From Magnetococcales bacterium DCbin4 (GTDB lineage: Bacteria; Pseudomonadota; Magnetococcia; Magnetococcales; UBA8363), in assembly GCA_002753735.1 (NCBI GenBank), contig PEAN01000001.1, positions 17,040 through 81,039 on the forward strand: DNA of 64,000 nt, given 5' to 3'. The notes below the pieces were generated by a model. The model was not told where the DNA came from. It was given only the letters and a program-made list of their open reading frames with translations, and ran no database searches. Made by a program: the position numbers and the translations under genes. Each line of letters begins with the position of its first letter. The stretch's first letter is position 1. Shown piece by piece: positions 19,047 to 29,878 of this stretch.

Positions 19047-20087
19047 ATGATTTACCGTCATCGTTATGGTTTCAAGGTGTTTGCCATGATCCTTCCGGCC
19101 ATGTTATCGGGATGTTTGACGATTGCTCCGGATGTTCCCGTGGTTTCTTCGGCAGCTCCAGTGAATAATGTCAAGGAACCGCCATTGGAACAGGCGGTGA
19201 TGGCGGAACCCTCGGAGCATATCGCCTCGATGGGTGGGGTTCATTTGGATATGGCGGAATTCAAGGGATTTCTTGACCGTTTACCGGCTCATATCCGAAG
19301 CCGTCTGTTGCAGGATCGTGAGGCGCTTGAATGGCGGGTCCGTTGGGAAGTGACGAAAAAGCAGATCAGCCATCTGGCCATGAACGATGCGCTCATGATC
19401 CGGTCGGGTGCCTTGCGCAAGAAAAAAATGGCGGAAGAGGAATCGTTGCGCAGTCAATATCTGGCGTCCATCACGACGCCTCAGGCCCATTTCCCCGATC
19501 AGGCCACGTTGAAGCGGGTTTATCGGGAACAGTTGGAACAATCCAAATCACCCATGAAGGTTCATCTGCGACAGATTTTTGTTCCCTTTGGTGACAATCG
19601 CGATGCGGCCCGGGTCAAGAGTGGGGCCTTGCTGGCCATGGCGAAAAAACCTCAGGCCGATTTTGCCGCTTTGGCACGCAAACTTTCCATGGATCCGGCG
19701 ACTGCCGCCCAGGGGGGTGATATGGGCTGGAAGGCCGTGGAGTCGTTGCCACCGGCATTCAAGACCGGTTTGAAAGGGGTTTCCGATGGACAGATCATCG
19801 GTCCGGTGGAAACGGATCAGGGCTGTCACATCATTCAAAAGGTGGCGGAGGCTGCCATTGCGCAAAAAAGTTTCGATGAAATGGCAACCACCTTGCGGAA
19901 AAATTTGCGTCAACAGCAAACTGCTGAAAATATGAAAAAAAATCTTGCCCGCTGGACCGAAGAAAATCCCATCATCCTCAACCCCGATGGAATGGTTTTG
20001 CTCAATCATGAATTTTCAAATCATGATGATTCCGACACGATGGACCCCAACCGGATCATGCAACAGAAAATTGCACAAAGCCCATGA
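19047..20087 (+). CDS. PpiC-type peptidyl-prolyl isomerase lipoprotein (SurA/PrsA-like)
   Basis: The real gene is the 3' part of the artefactual ORF 18036..20087. ATG 19047. Lipobox LSGC. Parvulin core AAQGGDMGW...GPVETDQGCHII. Confidence 0.75.
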   Translation: MIYRHRYGFKVFAMILPAMLSGCLTIAPDVPVVSSAAPVNNVKEPPLEQAVMAEPSEHIASMGGVHLDMAEFKGFLDRLPAHIRSRLLQDREALEWRVRWEVTKKQISHLAMNDALMIRSGALRKKKMAEEESLRSQYLASITTPQAHFPDQATLKRVYREQLEQSKSPMKVHLRQIFVPFGDNRDAARVKSGALLAMAKKPQADFAALARKLSMDPATAAQGGDMGWKAVESLPPAFKTGLKGVSDGQIIGPVETDQGCHIIQKVAEAAIAQKSFDEMATTLRKNLRQQQTAENMKKNLARWTEENPIILNPDGMVLLNHEFSNHDDSDTMDPNRIMQQKIAQSP

Positions 20088-20176
20088 ATTATTGTACGTT
20101 GTCTCCGATGTTGCAAAACTGATGGTGGCGTTCGTTCTGGTTTGATACCGGTTACAAAGGAAAAGGAGTTGCGTCC

Positions 20177-21109
20177 ATGCCGTTTGATTTGAATAAAAAA
20201 TACACGGTTGCTCTGATGGTGATGCTGGGCCTGTGTTTCCTGTCACCCCAGGGGGTGGTTGCCAAGGAAGATGCGAGCAAAAAAGCGGCAGATGTTTCGA
20301 GCGATACGGTCATTGCATCCATGGGCAGTGTTAAACTTTACGCTTCGGAATTGAACAAATTGTTCGTCAACAGCGATACCAAAGCCAGGACCAGGGTTTT
20401 GAATAATCCGCAATTGTTGGAACAGACCATTCGGGAAGAATTGTTCAAAAAATTCATTGTGCAACAGGCCAACACCACCGGCTTCGACAAACAACCCCAG
20501 GTGCAATGGGCCATGGCGCGGGCGGGTGAAAACATTTTATTGGAACTGTATCTCAATTCCAAATCGAGACCCGAGGATAATTTTCCCAATGAAACGATGA
20601 TCAAGGATGCGTATCAAGAAAATTTGAGCCATTTCCAGGTTCCGCCCCAGGTTCATGTCGCCCAGATTTTTCTCCCCCTGACGGGTGATGGTAAAAATGA
20701 CAAGGAGACCACCGATCAAGTGAATGACCTGGCCAGCAAGGCGAAAAAGCCCAATGCCGATTTTGCCAGCCTGGCCAAGGAATTTTCCAAACATGCCGAA
20801 AGTTCCAAGGATGGCGGCGACATGGGATGGATTCCCTTGAACCAACTGTTGCCCGAGGTCAGCAAGGTTGTGGAAACCATGAAGGCGGGTGAGATCAAGG
20901 GACCCATTCAAAGTCCCCAGGGATTGCATATCCTCAAGTTGATTGAAACCAAGCCCGCCTCTGTCCGTTCGTTGGATGAGGCCAAACCGGTTTTGATTGC
21001 CGGATTGAAAAAACAACGGATGGAAGCGTTGCGTGCACAGTTCCTCAAGGATTTGTTGGAGAAGACCCCGGCGATCATCGACAGTGCGAATCTGTCCAAA
21101 CTCAAATAA
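20177..21109 (+). CDS. PpiC-type peptidyl-prolyl isomerase, periplasmic (paralogue of 19047..20087)
   Basis: Signal peptide, then parvulin core SSKDGGDMGWIP...GPIQSPQGLHILK. Confidence 0.8.
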   Translation: MPFDLNKKYTVALMVMLGLCFLSPQGVVAKEDASKKAADVSSDTVIASMGSVKLYASELNKLFVNSDTKARTRVLNNPQLLEQTIREELFKKFIVQQANTTGFDKQPQVQWAMARAGENILLELYLNSKSRPEDNFPNETMIKDAYQENLSHFQVPPQVHVAQIFLPLTGDGKNDKETTDQVNDLASKAKKPNADFASLAKEFSKHAESSKDGGDMGWIPLNQLLPEVSKVVETMKAGEIKGPIQSPQGLHILKLIETKPASVRSLDEAKPVLIAGLKKQRMEALRAQFLKDLLEKTPAIIDSANLSKLK

Positions 21110-21129
21110 ACAGCGGAAGGTGATGCGGC

Positions 21130-21867
21130 ATGGCACAACTGCTTTTTTATGAAAAACCGGTTCCCCTCAACAAGGATATTCACAGAACACTGTGCATCAA
21201 GACTGCGGATAATCTTTATGGGTTCAGCCGCGTGACCAATTCGGTTTTATTGGCAGGGGTTGAATTCGCACATGCCGCAAAGGAGTATTGCATTGTCTTC
21301 ACCAAGGCGGGTGATCTGGTGATGCCGGTGGCCTTGCTGGGGTTGCGTAATGATGAAAACCTCTATGTGGACCATGAAAATCGTTGGAACGCCCATTATA
21401 TTCCCGCCTTCATCCGCCGTTATCCCTTCATCCTGGCGGAGTCGGGGCAGGGGGATGCCCAGAAAACGGTATGCATCGATGAAACCTTCATCGGTTTCAA
21501 TGACAAGGAAGGGCGCAGGCTGTTTGATGACACGGGCGAATCAACTGAATTCTTGACCAGTGCCATCAAATTTCTTCAGGATTATCAAGGACAATATCGG
21601 CGTACCGAAGTCTTCGTCAACCGATTGAAGGATTTGGATCTGTTTACCGAACTCAATGCCCAGGCACAATTGCCCAATGGACAAAAGGTGCACATGGGGG
21701 GATTGCTGGGCGTCGATGAAAACAAATTGTTGCAACTGGAGAAGAACAAGGCTTTGGAATTGTTCCGTTCCGGGGAATTAAGCTGGGTTTACGCTCATTT
21801 GTTGTCCATGAGCAACATGCAAAGGCTTGGGGAACGCCTGGTCAAGAAAGAACAATCGAACGCTTGA
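21130..21867 (+). CDS. SapC family protein
   Basis: N-terminus LLFYEKPVPLNKDIH ... YIPAFIRRYPFIL is characteristic of the SapC family. Confidence 0.7.
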   Translation: MAQLLFYEKPVPLNKDIHRTLCIKTADNLYGFSRVTNSVLLAGVEFAHAAKEYCIVFTKAGDLVMPVALLGLRNDENLYVDHENRWNAHYIPAFIRRYPFILAESGQGDAQKTVCIDETFIGFNDKEGRRLFDDTGESTEFLTSAIKFLQDYQGQYRRTEVFVNRLKDLDLFTELNAQAQLPNGQKVHMGGLLGVDENKLLQLEKNKALELFRSGELSWVYAHLLSMSNMQRLGERLVKKEQSNA

Positions 21868-22009
21868 TGCCTCCAGGTGTCAAAGGTTACCAGGTTTTGG
21901 GTGTGAAATGTTTGTCATTGGCCGGTTTGACGGTCTCACCGGGCTGGACAATGACGAACAACCCCTTGTTCATGGCTTACAGGTCCGCATCGGCGTCGAT
22001 GACGATGTG

Positions 22010-22846
22010 TCAGCCACGCGCCAACAACCGTTCCAGCATTCGGAACGATAATGCCCTGCGCAACCATGCGGCAATGTGTGTCGGTACCGTGACGCCATAA
22101 CGCAGGCGGGGTCTGGGACTTTCCAGGGCATGAATGACCTTGTCAACGACCGCCTCTGGCGGAAGGGAAAACCATCCTTCGGATGATTGATCCGTAGTTC
22201 TTTCCTGTAACCATCGGTCGTATCGTTTTGCGTGATGACTGGTGGCCACCGGGATGTGTTCGAGAAAGGCCCGTCGGGCATTGTCCCGGAACGGGGTGTT
22301 GATGGGGCCGGGTTGAATCAGGATGAAATGGATGCCGGTACCCCGCATCTCCAGACGCATGGCCTGGGTCATCCCTTCCAGGGCGAACTTTGTGGCCACA
22401 TAGGCCCCCCGATAGGGGAGGGCTACGAATCCGAGAATGGAACTGTTCTGCAGAACCCGACCGCCCCCCTGCCGTCGCATGACCGGCAGGACGAGGCGGG
22501 TCAGTTCGTGGGTACCGAACAGATTGGTTTCGAATTGTTGGCGCAAGGCTTCCCGGGACAAGTCTTCCATCGCTCCCGGTTGACCATAGGCACCGTTATT
22601 GAACAGGGCATCCAGTCGGCCATGGTTCAATGACAGGATCTGGTCCAATCCTTCCCGGATCGATTGCGAATCATTGAGATCCAAACGGACCGATTCAAAT
22701 CCTTCCTGTCGCAACCGTTCGACATCGGTGTGTTTTCGCGCCGTGGCGAACACCCGCCAGCCTCGGTTTTTGAGGATTCGGGCACTCGCATGGCCAATGC
22801 CCGAGGAACATCCGGTGATCAGTACGGTTTTTCCAGTGACGGTCAT
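22010..22846 (-). CDS. Short-chain dehydrogenase/reductase (SDR) family oxidoreductase
   Basis: TGCSSGIGH cofactor motif and the YVATKFA catalytic YxxxK. Confidence 0.88.
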   Translation of the reverse strand: MTVTGKTVLITGCSSGIGHASARILKNRGWRVFATARKHTDVERLRQEGFESVRLDLNDSQSIREGLDQILSLNHGRLDALFNNGAYGQPGAMEDLSREALRQQFETNLFGTHELTRLVLPVMRRQGGGRVLQNSSILGFVALPYRGAYVATKFALEGMTQAMRLEMRGTGIHFILIQPGPINTPFRDNARRAFLEHIPVATSHHAKRYDRWLQERTTDQSSEGWFSLPPEAVVDKVIHALESPRPRLRYGVTVPTHIAAWLRRALSFRMLERLLARG

Positions 22847-22891
22847 ATTCGATTGCGGTTGGCGGATGGGTGCGGTATGGGTCGAATCATG

Positions 22892-23251
22892 TCAAAGCTG
22901 TCCGCGTTCCACCGCCTTGCTCGCCTCTTCCAACAAGGCATCGAATGATGCTTCTGCGACGACCGCTTCCACCGTTTCAGATTCCTCTTTTTTACTCTCT
23001 GCGTTTTGATCTCCGAACAGGGTATCCATGAAGATACGCGTCATGTTCAGGCGTACCATCTCTTCATTGACCAACAGTTGGGGCATGGCGACCGCCTGTT
23101 GGGTTCCTACCGCTTGCGCCATGGCGGCTGCGGAAAATTCCACCGAATCGTTCCGGTTGACGCTGGAGCTCCCTTGTCGGACGGAGTCCAGATTTTTTTT
23201 TGCATCGAGATAGGACAGAAGCGCCAACTGTCCCGCGCCTTCGATCACCAT
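22892..23251 (-). CDS. Hypothetical acidic 119-aa protein
   Basis: Strong AGGAGG 8 nt upstream of the ATG. Co-directional with the SDR gene and 45 nt upstream of it. No family recognised. Confidence 0.55.
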   Translation of the reverse strand: MVIEGAGQLALLSYLDAKKNLDSVRQGSSSVNRNDSVEFSAAAMAQAVGTQQAVAMPQLLVNEEMVRLNMTRIFMDTLFGDQNAESKKEESETVEAVVAEASFDALLEEASKAVERGQL

Positions 23252-23383
23252 TGAAACCCCTCCTGAAGTTCATTTTTGGATTAAAAGAGCCGTTTACTGC
23301 ACACCCCCGCTTGTCGCGAGGAACAGACCGGTCTAGTATCTTTTTTAACCATGGAATTCTTATCGACAGCCACTTCATAAAGC

Positions 23384-25138
23384 TTGAATGCATTCATGTC
23401 TCAATTTATTCAAAAGCTGGGAATCAACGAACACATCATCCTGTCGATGGTGGCGGTGGCCATTGGTCTCATGGTGGGCTATGGTGCGATTCTGTTTCGT
23501 CTTTTGATCGAATCCTTTCAATTCGTCTTCATGCAGAGCGGGCATGAGAACGTCGTGGAGATCGTGCGCCAACTCCCCTGGTGGCAAGTGTTGATCATGC
23601 CGATCATAGGGGGGGCTGTCATCGGTCCCTTGATTCACTTTTTCTTTCCGGGATCCCGGGGTGACGGTGTCCCGGAGGTGATGTCGGCGGTGGCATTGCG
23701 GGGGGGCAAGCTGGGAATCCGCGAAGGTTTGGGCAAGATGCTTTCCTGCTCGCTTTCCATCGGTTGCGGCGGTTCGGTGGGACGGGAAGGACCCGTCGTT
23801 CACCTGGGCGCGACCTTGGCTTCCTGGTTTGGATCGTTGTTGCCGATGTCGGAAAACCACATGCGCACCATCGTGGGTTGCGGTGCCGCCGCCGGGATCG
23901 CCGCCTCCTTCAATGCCCCCATCGCTGGCGTCATGTTTGCTCTGGAAGTGATCCTCGCCGATTATGGGTTGGCCACCTTTTCCCCCATCGTCCTCTCGTC
24001 CGTCATTTCAACGGTCATCGCCCGTATGCATCTGGGTGATTTTCCTGCGTTTATCGTTCCAAATTATACGCTTGTCTCCGCATGGGAAATCCCCGCCTAT
24101 GTCGGATTGGGTCTCCTTTGTGGATTGACCGGCATTTTGTTCATGGTGACCCTGTTTAAAATGGAAGATCTGTTTGCCCGCATCCGCATTCCCATCTATC
24201 TGAAACCGACCCTCGGGGGTTTGGGTATTGGTCTCATCGCATTGGTATTTCCCGAAGTCATGGGGGTTGGCTATGACGTGATGAATCATGCCTTGCTGGA
24301 AGAAATGGGGGCTTGGATCATGCTCGCCCTCATCGTTGCCAAGATTGTCGCCACTTCCGTCGCCCTGGGGAGTGGTTTTTCCGGTGGGGTCTTTACCCCG
24401 AGCCTGTTTCTGGGGGCCATGGTGGGTGGGAGTTTCGGGACCATTGCCCATTCCATTTTTCCCTCGATTTCCGCCGGTCCGGGGGCCTACACCCTGGTCG
24501 GAATGGGTGCCATGGCGGCGTCGGTCCTGGGTGCGCCCATCGCCTCCATCCTGATCCTGTTCGAATTGACCGGCGATTATCGCATCATGCTTGCCCTCAT
24601 GGTGGCTTCCATTGTTGCCACTTTGTTGATCAATCAAATTTATCGCGAGTCGGTGTATACCAAAACCCTCAAGCGCAAAAAGATCGATCTGCGCCAGGGA
24701 CGCGAAGCCAATCTGTTGCGCAATATTTCCGTGGGTTCCATCATGCGCAAAGATTTTGAAACCGTCATTGAAACCAAAAATTTGCGTCAATTCAAAGACA
24801 AGCTGCGCCAATCCCATCGTGATTGTTTTGTGGTGGTCGATGCGGCGGGTCATTTCAAGGGGATTATTTCCTTTCAGGACATTCGCAAGGTGGCCTTCGA
24901 AGAACGGTGGTCCGACGATCTGGCCCTGATCAAGGATCTCCCCCTGTCCGCTCCGGTCACCATTACCCCCCATGAAAACCTGTACGATGCCCTTTTGCGT
25001 TTTGAGAGCAACAATGTGGAACAAATGACGGTGATTTCTTCCAATGACCCGACTCAGGTGATTGGACTGATTTCCAATCATGACATGATCCGTGCCTATA
25101 ACATGGCCCTGCTCAGTCAATACAATTCTCGCGATTGA
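23384..25138 (+). CDS. ClC-family chloride channel / H+-Cl- antiporter with C-terminal CBS pair
   Basis: GSVGREGP selectivity motif, GVMFALE, about 10 TM segments, and two CBS-like repeats at the C-terminus. Confidence 0.9.
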   Translation: MNAFMSQFIQKLGINEHIILSMVAVAIGLMVGYGAILFRLLIESFQFVFMQSGHENVVEIVRQLPWWQVLIMPIIGGAVIGPLIHFFFPGSRGDGVPEVMSAVALRGGKLGIREGLGKMLSCSLSIGCGGSVGREGPVVHLGATLASWFGSLLPMSENHMRTIVGCGAAAGIAASFNAPIAGVMFALEVILADYGLATFSPIVLSSVISTVIARMHLGDFPAFIVPNYTLVSAWEIPAYVGLGLLCGLTGILFMVTLFKMEDLFARIRIPIYLKPTLGGLGIGLIALVFPEVMGVGYDVMNHALLEEMGAWIMLALIVAKIVATSVALGSGFSGGVFTPSLFLGAMVGGSFGTIAHSIFPSISAGPGAYTLVGMGAMAASVLGAPIASILILFELTGDYRIMLALMVASIVATLLINQIYRESVYTKTLKRKKIDLRQGREANLLRNISVGSIMRKDFETVIETKNLRQFKDKLRQSHRDCFVVVDAAGHFKGIISFQDIRKVAFEERWSDDLALIKDLPLSAPVTITPHENLYDALLRFESNNVEQMTVISSNDPTQVIGLISNHDMIRAYNMALLSQYNSRD

Positions 25139-25145
25139 ACCCTCC

Positions 25146-27125
25146 ATGAACACGCTGCTCGACCATCTCAATCCCCCTCAGATCGCTGCGGTCACTGCCG
25201 CCGCCGGGCCAGTCATGATTTTGGCGGGTGCGGGTTCCGGCAAGACGCGGGTGTTGACGCGGCGTTTGGCCTGGTTGTTGTCGGAACACGGGGTCGCTCC
25301 TGATGAAGTGTTGGCGGTCACCTTTACCAACAAGGCGGCCCGGGAGATGCGCAACCGGGTGACTGAATTGATCCACATGGATGAAGAAGTCGCCAAACGT
25401 CTTTGGATCGGCACCTTTCATGGCATGAGTGCGCGCATCCTGCGGCAGAATGCGGAAAAAATCGGTTTCAACAGCAATTTTCTCATCCTTGATGCCGCCG
25501 ATCAGGAACGGTTGATTCGCAGATTGACCGAGGAACACGAATTTTCCCATGTCTATTGGACCCCGAAACGGCTGGCCAGCACCTTTTCCCGCTGGAAGGA
25601 TGCCGGACTGGGGCCGGAGGACATTACCGAGGAACACGTCCGTTTCCCCCAGGATCGGGTGCGTGTCGGCGCCTTGTTCGTCATGTACCAGGCGGAACTG
25701 CTCAAATCCAATTGCATGGATTTCGGTGACCTTCTGGTCCATTGCCTTAAATTGTGGCAACGTTTTCCGGAAACCTTGGATCGGTATCGTTTTCGTTTCC
25801 GGCATATTTTGGTGGATGAATACCAGGACACCAACAAGGTGCAGTATGATTGGATGCGTGCCCTGGCCAGTCATCACGGCAATCTGTGTGTGGTGGGCGA
25901 TGATGATCAATCCATTTACAGTTGGCGGGGTGCCCGCATCGATAATATTCTTAATTTTGAAAATGATTTTCCCAATACGACGGTCATTCGACTGGAACAG
26001 AATTATCGTTCCACCGGCAACATTCTCAAGGCGGCCAGCCATCTCATTGATCACAATGATGGCCGGATGGGGAAAACTTTGTGGACGGATGGGCCTGTCG
26101 GTCCCAAGGTGGTACGTTATACCGCCGACAATGGTGAGGATGAAGCGCGTTTTGTCGCGTCTGAGATTGGCCGCACATTGGGTTCAGGGGTTTCTTTTGG
26201 CCATGCGGCGATTTTGGTGCGGGCGGCGCATCAGACCCGCATCATTGAGGATGCTTTGAACCGGCATCAAATTCCCTATCAGGTCGTGGGGGGGTTGCGG
26301 TTCATGGAACGGGCCGAAATCAAGGATGCCCTGGCTTATTTGCGTCTGGCCCATTCCCAGGTGGATGATCTGGCCTTTGAGCGGATCATCAACACCCCCA
26401 AAAGAAAATTGGGGGACAAGGCCATGGCCACCATTCAGCAGGCGGCGCGGGAACGTGAAGGCAGTTTGTTCGCCGGGGCCAGGGTGGTGGTTGCAGAAAA
26501 TCGGTTGGGCAAGGCGACGACGGGTCCATTGGCCGAATTCGTGGCCCTGATCGAAAAGGCGGCGGGACTCCTTGATTCAGGATATCTGCCGGGCGAGGTA
26601 TTGGAATTCTTGTTGAAGGAGAGTGGCTATCAGGAATGGGTCCAAACCGGGGATCGGGGTGAGGAACGGTTTGAGAACATTATTGAATTGAAATCTTTTC
26701 TGCAACAGGAAACCGATCTTGCCGGATTCATGGAGCGGGTGGTGCTGGATGCCGATCCGGCGGATGCGGCAAAATCGGTGACCGACAGTGTGGTCCTTTC
26801 GACCTTGCATGCGGCCAAGGGATTGGAATTTCCTTTGGTGTTCCTGGTGGGGATGGAGGAGGGGTTGTTACCGCACAAGCTTGCTTTGAATGATGAGGCT
26901 TCGGGGGTGGAGGAGGAGCGTCGTTTGGCCTATGTGGGGATGACCCGGGCGAAGGAACGGTTGTATTTGTGCCATGCGCGACAACGGTTCATGTTCAATC
27001 GCAACGAACCCGCCCTTCCTTCCCGGTTTCTCAAGGAGATTCCTGCGGAGGTGGTGGAACATCGGGGGTTGCGGGTTGCGGCGCGTTCCGGATTGGGGGG
27101 ATTCCCTCCCCGAAGAAGGTTTTAG
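25146..27125 (+). CDS. uvrD: ATP-dependent DNA helicase, UvrD/PcrA/Rep family
   Basis: Start reset to MNTLLDHLNPPQ (ATG 25146). AGAGSGKT, DEYQDTN, VGDDDQSIYSWRGA, QNYRST and VGMTRAKERL motifs. Confidence 0.9.
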   Translation: MNTLLDHLNPPQIAAVTAAAGPVMILAGAGSGKTRVLTRRLAWLLSEHGVAPDEVLAVTFTNKAAREMRNRVTELIHMDEEVAKRLWIGTFHGMSARILRQNAEKIGFNSNFLILDAADQERLIRRLTEEHEFSHVYWTPKRLASTFSRWKDAGLGPEDITEEHVRFPQDRVRVGALFVMYQAELLKSNCMDFGDLLVHCLKLWQRFPETLDRYRFRFRHILVDEYQDTNKVQYDWMRALASHHGNLCVVGDDDQSIYSWRGARIDNILNFENDFPNTTVIRLEQNYRSTGNILKAASHLIDHNDGRMGKTLWTDGPVGPKVVRYTADNGEDEARFVASEIGRTLGSGVSFGHAAILVRAAHQTRIIEDALNRHQIPYQVVGGLRFMERAEIKDALAYLRLAHSQVDDLAFERIINTPKRKLGDKAMATIQQAAREREGSLFAGARVVVAENRLGKATTGPLAEFVALIEKAAGLLDSGYLPGEVLEFLLKESGYQEWVQTGDRGEERFENIIELKSFLQQETDLAGFMERVVLDADPADAAKSVTDSVVLSTLHAAKGLEFPLVFLVGMEEGLLPHKLALNDEASGVEEERRLAYVGMTRAKERLYLCHARQRFMFNRNEPALPSRFLKEIPAEVVEHRGLRVAARSGLGGFPPRRRF

Positions 27126-27132
27126 GGATCAA

Positions 27133-27261
27133 GAAAAAAAATGGGTCTCAAGGGATTGCCCCCAGGACTTTGATTTTAAATAAAAAGGTTTCCATGCTCC
27201 GCCTTTGACTTTGTTTTTGAAATCACAGTCCTTGGGGTAATCCCTTGAGACCCATTTTTTT
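27133..27261. mobile_element. MITE-like inverted-repeat element, copy D (129 bp), internal core inverted relative to B and F
   Basis: Fills the gap between the convergent uvrD stop (27125) and prfA stop (27266). Family termini present. The internal AAAAAGGTTTCCATGCTC..CTTTGACTTTGTTTTT is the reverse complement of the B/F core. Confidence 0.65.
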
Positions 27262-27265
27262 CTGG

Positions 27266-28366
27266 TCAATTGTTTTCGGCGGGGGCATCGGCAAACGCGG
27301 CAAGCAGCTTTGCCTGATGATCATTGGCCAGGGCGGAAATCACCTCTTCCAAATCGCCTTGCATCACCTGATCCAACCGGTAAATCGTCAGATTGATCCG
27401 ATGATCGGTCAAACGTCCCTGCGGAAAATTGTAGGTACGAATCCGTTCCGACCGATCCCCGCTCCCCACCTGCCCCTTGCGATCACGCGAACGGGCCTCT
27501 TCGGCAGCCTTCAGTTCCATGTCATACAAACGCGCCTTCAAGACCTTCAACGCCTTGGCCTTGTTTTTATGCTGTGATTTTTCATCCTGGCACACGACGA
27601 CCAGCCCCGTCGGCAAATGGGTGATCCGTACCGCCGAATCGGTGGTGTTGACACTCTGTCCCCCCGGTCCCGAGGAACGAAACACATCAATGCGTAAATC
27701 ATCACGCTCATTGATGACCACATCCACCTCTTCCGCCTCGGGCAATACCGCCACCGTACACGCCGAGGTGTGAATCCGTCCCCCCGCCTCGGTGACCGGA
27801 ACCCGCTGCACCCGGTGGACACCCGACTCGAATTTGAGCGATGAAAACACCCCCCTGCCACTCACCATGAGGATGATTTCCTTAAACCCCCCCAAATCGG
27901 TCGCATGGGTGGACAACAATTCCATCCGCCAACCCTGGGATTCGGCAAAACGTTGGTACATGCGCAACATTTCACCCGCAAAGAGGGCTGCCTCTTCCCC
28001 CCCGGTCCCCGCCCGGATTTCCAGAATGGCGTTTTTCTGATCATTGCGATCTTTGGGCAACAACATCAATTGCAATTCCCGCCACGCCTGCTCCCGCCGT
28101 TTCTGCAACAACTCCCGTTCCTCTTTGGCCAGGAGACGTAATTCCTGATCCTCCGCCGATTCCGCCATCAAGGCTTCGGTCGCGGCGATTTCTTCCTCGA
28201 TGGCCTGAAATTCCCTGTAGGCACCCACAACCGGATCCAGACCGGCATATTCGCGGCTGAGGCGGGAATAACGGCCCGAATCGGCCATGACTTCGGCCTG
28301 GGACAAAAGCGCCGCCAATTCGCCATGACGCCGTGTCAGATCATTGAGTTTCGACAAAAAGGACAT
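27266..28366 (-). CDS. prfA: Peptide chain release factor 1
   Basis: SGPGGQSVN (GGQ) and the RF1-type PVT tripeptide in [15 protein letters not shown]. Confidence 0.93.
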   Translation of the reverse strand: MSFLSKLNDLTRRHGELAALLSQAEVMADSGRYSRLSREYAGLDPVVGAYREFQAIEEEIAATEALMAESAEDQELRLLAKEERELLQKRREQAWRELQLMLLPKDRNDQKNAILEIRAGTGGEEAALFAGEMLRMYQRFAESQGWRMELLSTHATDLGGFKEIILMVSGRGVFSSLKFESGVHRVQRVPVTEAGGRIHTSACTVAVLPEAEEVDVVINERDDLRIDVFRSSGPGGQSVNTTDSAVRITHLPTGLVVVCQDEKSQHKNKAKALKVLKARLYDMELKAAEEARSRDRKGQVGSGDRSERIRTYNFPQGRLTDHRINLTIYRLDQVMQGDLEEVISALANDHQAKLLAAFADAPAENN

Positions 28367-28386
28367 GATGGATCTACAAGGATGGT

Positions 28387-29682
28387 TTATTGATTCATGG
28401 GTTGAATTTCAGTCTGGGGTTCATCACCCAACCGAAACAGTTTTTTGGCCGCATCGACCAGAAAGGCACCTTCTTCACCCGTACCCTGTTCACGCAATTG
28501 GGTCAAAGGGACATGCAGGATACGGTTGACCAGGATTCGGGCCAGATTGACCACCCGTTCACGGTCTTCCCGGGGCAAATGGGTCCACCCCTTCAATGCT
28601 TTTTCAACTTCCTGGTCGCGGATTTGTTCCAGGGATTGGCGCAAGGCGACCAGCGTGGGGACCACCTCCAGGGAGCGCATCCAACTCATGAATTCGGCGA
28701 CACCATTCTGGACGATGAATTCGGCGGCATCGATTTCCTGGTTGCGGTCTTGGCGATTGTCACGCGAAATTTTTTCCAGATCATCCAGATCGTACAAAAA
28801 CGCATTGTCGATCTGGGCGATTTCGGGGGCCAGGTCACGGGGAACGGCGATATCGATGTAGAATTGCGACCGATACCGCCGCTGGCGCAACGCGGCGCGA
28901 ACCATGTCGGCACTGACAATGGGACGCATCGCCCCGGTGGAGGAAAGGATGATGTCGGCCTCGGCCAGCCGTTGTCCCAGATCTTCCAGGCCAAACGCCG
29001 CCCCATCGAACCGTGCCGCCAGTTCCCGTGCCCGTTCCAGGGTGCGATTGGCGACCAGGATGCGCACCCCTTGCCCCGCCAGATGACGGGCCGCCAGTTC
29101 ACACATTTCACCGGCACCGATGAGCAGACAGACATGCCCTTCCAGGGTTCCGAATATTTTTCGCGCCAGGGCGACCGCCACCGAGGCGATGGAGACCGGA
29201 TTTTTGGCCAGACCCGTGTCGCTGCGAACCTTTTTGGCGACGCGGAACACCTGATGGCAATAACGACCCAGGACCGACCCGCAACTGCCCACTTCCGTCG
29301 CCCGCTGCCAGGCTTGTTTGACCTGGCCCAGAACCTGGGCCTCACCGACGACCAGGGAATCGAGGCTGGCCGCCACCCGGTATCCATGGGCGACCGCCGC
29401 CTCCCCTTCATGGATGTAAAGGTGCGGTTCCAACACTTCGGTGGCCATTTGACTTTTGTGCGCCAACAATCGAATCGTCACCGCCTGGGCATGATCCCCC
29501 TTGCTGCACACCAGCCAGACCTCAAAACGGTTGCAGGTGGAAAGGACCAATCCCTCCTCAACCCCTTCAAGCTCCGTCAATTCCCGCAGCCATTGAGTCA
29601 ATTGCTCCTCGTTGGGCGCAATTTTTTCCCGCACGGCAACCGGCGCGGTCTTATGATTCAAACCGACAATCAAAATCTTCAT
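28387..29682 (-). CDS. hemA: Glutamyl-tRNA reductase
   Basis: [16 protein letters not shown] active-site Cys and GAGEM NADPH motif. hemA-prfA order as in E. coli. Confidence 0.93.
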   Translation of the reverse strand: MKILIVGLNHKTAPVAVREKIAPNEEQLTQWLRELTELEGVEEGLVLSTCNRFEVWLVCSKGDHAQAVTIRLLAHKSQMATEVLEPHLYIHEGEAAVAHGYRVAASLDSLVVGEAQVLGQVKQAWQRATEVGSCGSVLGRYCHQVFRVAKKVRSDTGLAKNPVSIASVAVALARKIFGTLEGHVCLLIGAGEMCELAARHLAGQGVRILVANRTLERARELAARFDGAAFGLEDLGQRLAEADIILSSTGAMRPIVSADMVRAALRQRRYRSQFYIDIAVPRDLAPEIAQIDNAFLYDLDDLEKISRDNRQDRNQEIDAAEFIVQNGVAEFMSWMRSLEVVPTLVALRQSLEQIRDQEVEKALKGWTHLPREDRERVVNLARILVNRILHVPLTQLREQGTGEEGAFLVDAAKKLFRLGDEPQTEIQPMNQ

Positions 29683-29878
29683 CGACGGCGGATTCCCAAC
29701 CTTCGGTTCGTTTGGTCTCCCCCCCGGTCACACCAGAAGGGTTGATCTCCAGGGAATACTACCTGCTTGAGCCGATGTTCCGAAAGGAGTCAGCGGAAAA
29801 AAATGGCAGCGATCTGTTTGTTGAGGGATTGGGCATCGTCGGACATGGAAATCGTTCCAGGGGGTGTTGACATCATTT

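Noticed and set aside
23252-23383. Possible fluoride (crcB-motif) riboswitch upstream of the ClC channel gene.
   Set aside because: I could not find the conserved crcB-motif core (as I recall it, GGnGAUGG...CCGCC...CUGAUGAUGCCUAC) on the sense strand. The channel also has the CBS-pair architecture of ordinary ClC proteins.
24008-26054. 387-aa and 313-aa minus-strand ORFs across the ClC channel and uvrD genes.
   Set aside because: Antisense shadow ORFs. The sense genes carry complete family motifs.
28390-29745. 451-aa ORF on the + strand, plus a 241-aa alternative-frame ORF at 28686..29411.
   Set aside because: It is fully antisense to, or out of frame with, hemA, whose motifs are unambiguous. 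The translation is low-complexity and rich in Gly, Arg, Gln and Asp, with no recognisable motif. This is a typical shadow ORF of a GC-biased coding region.
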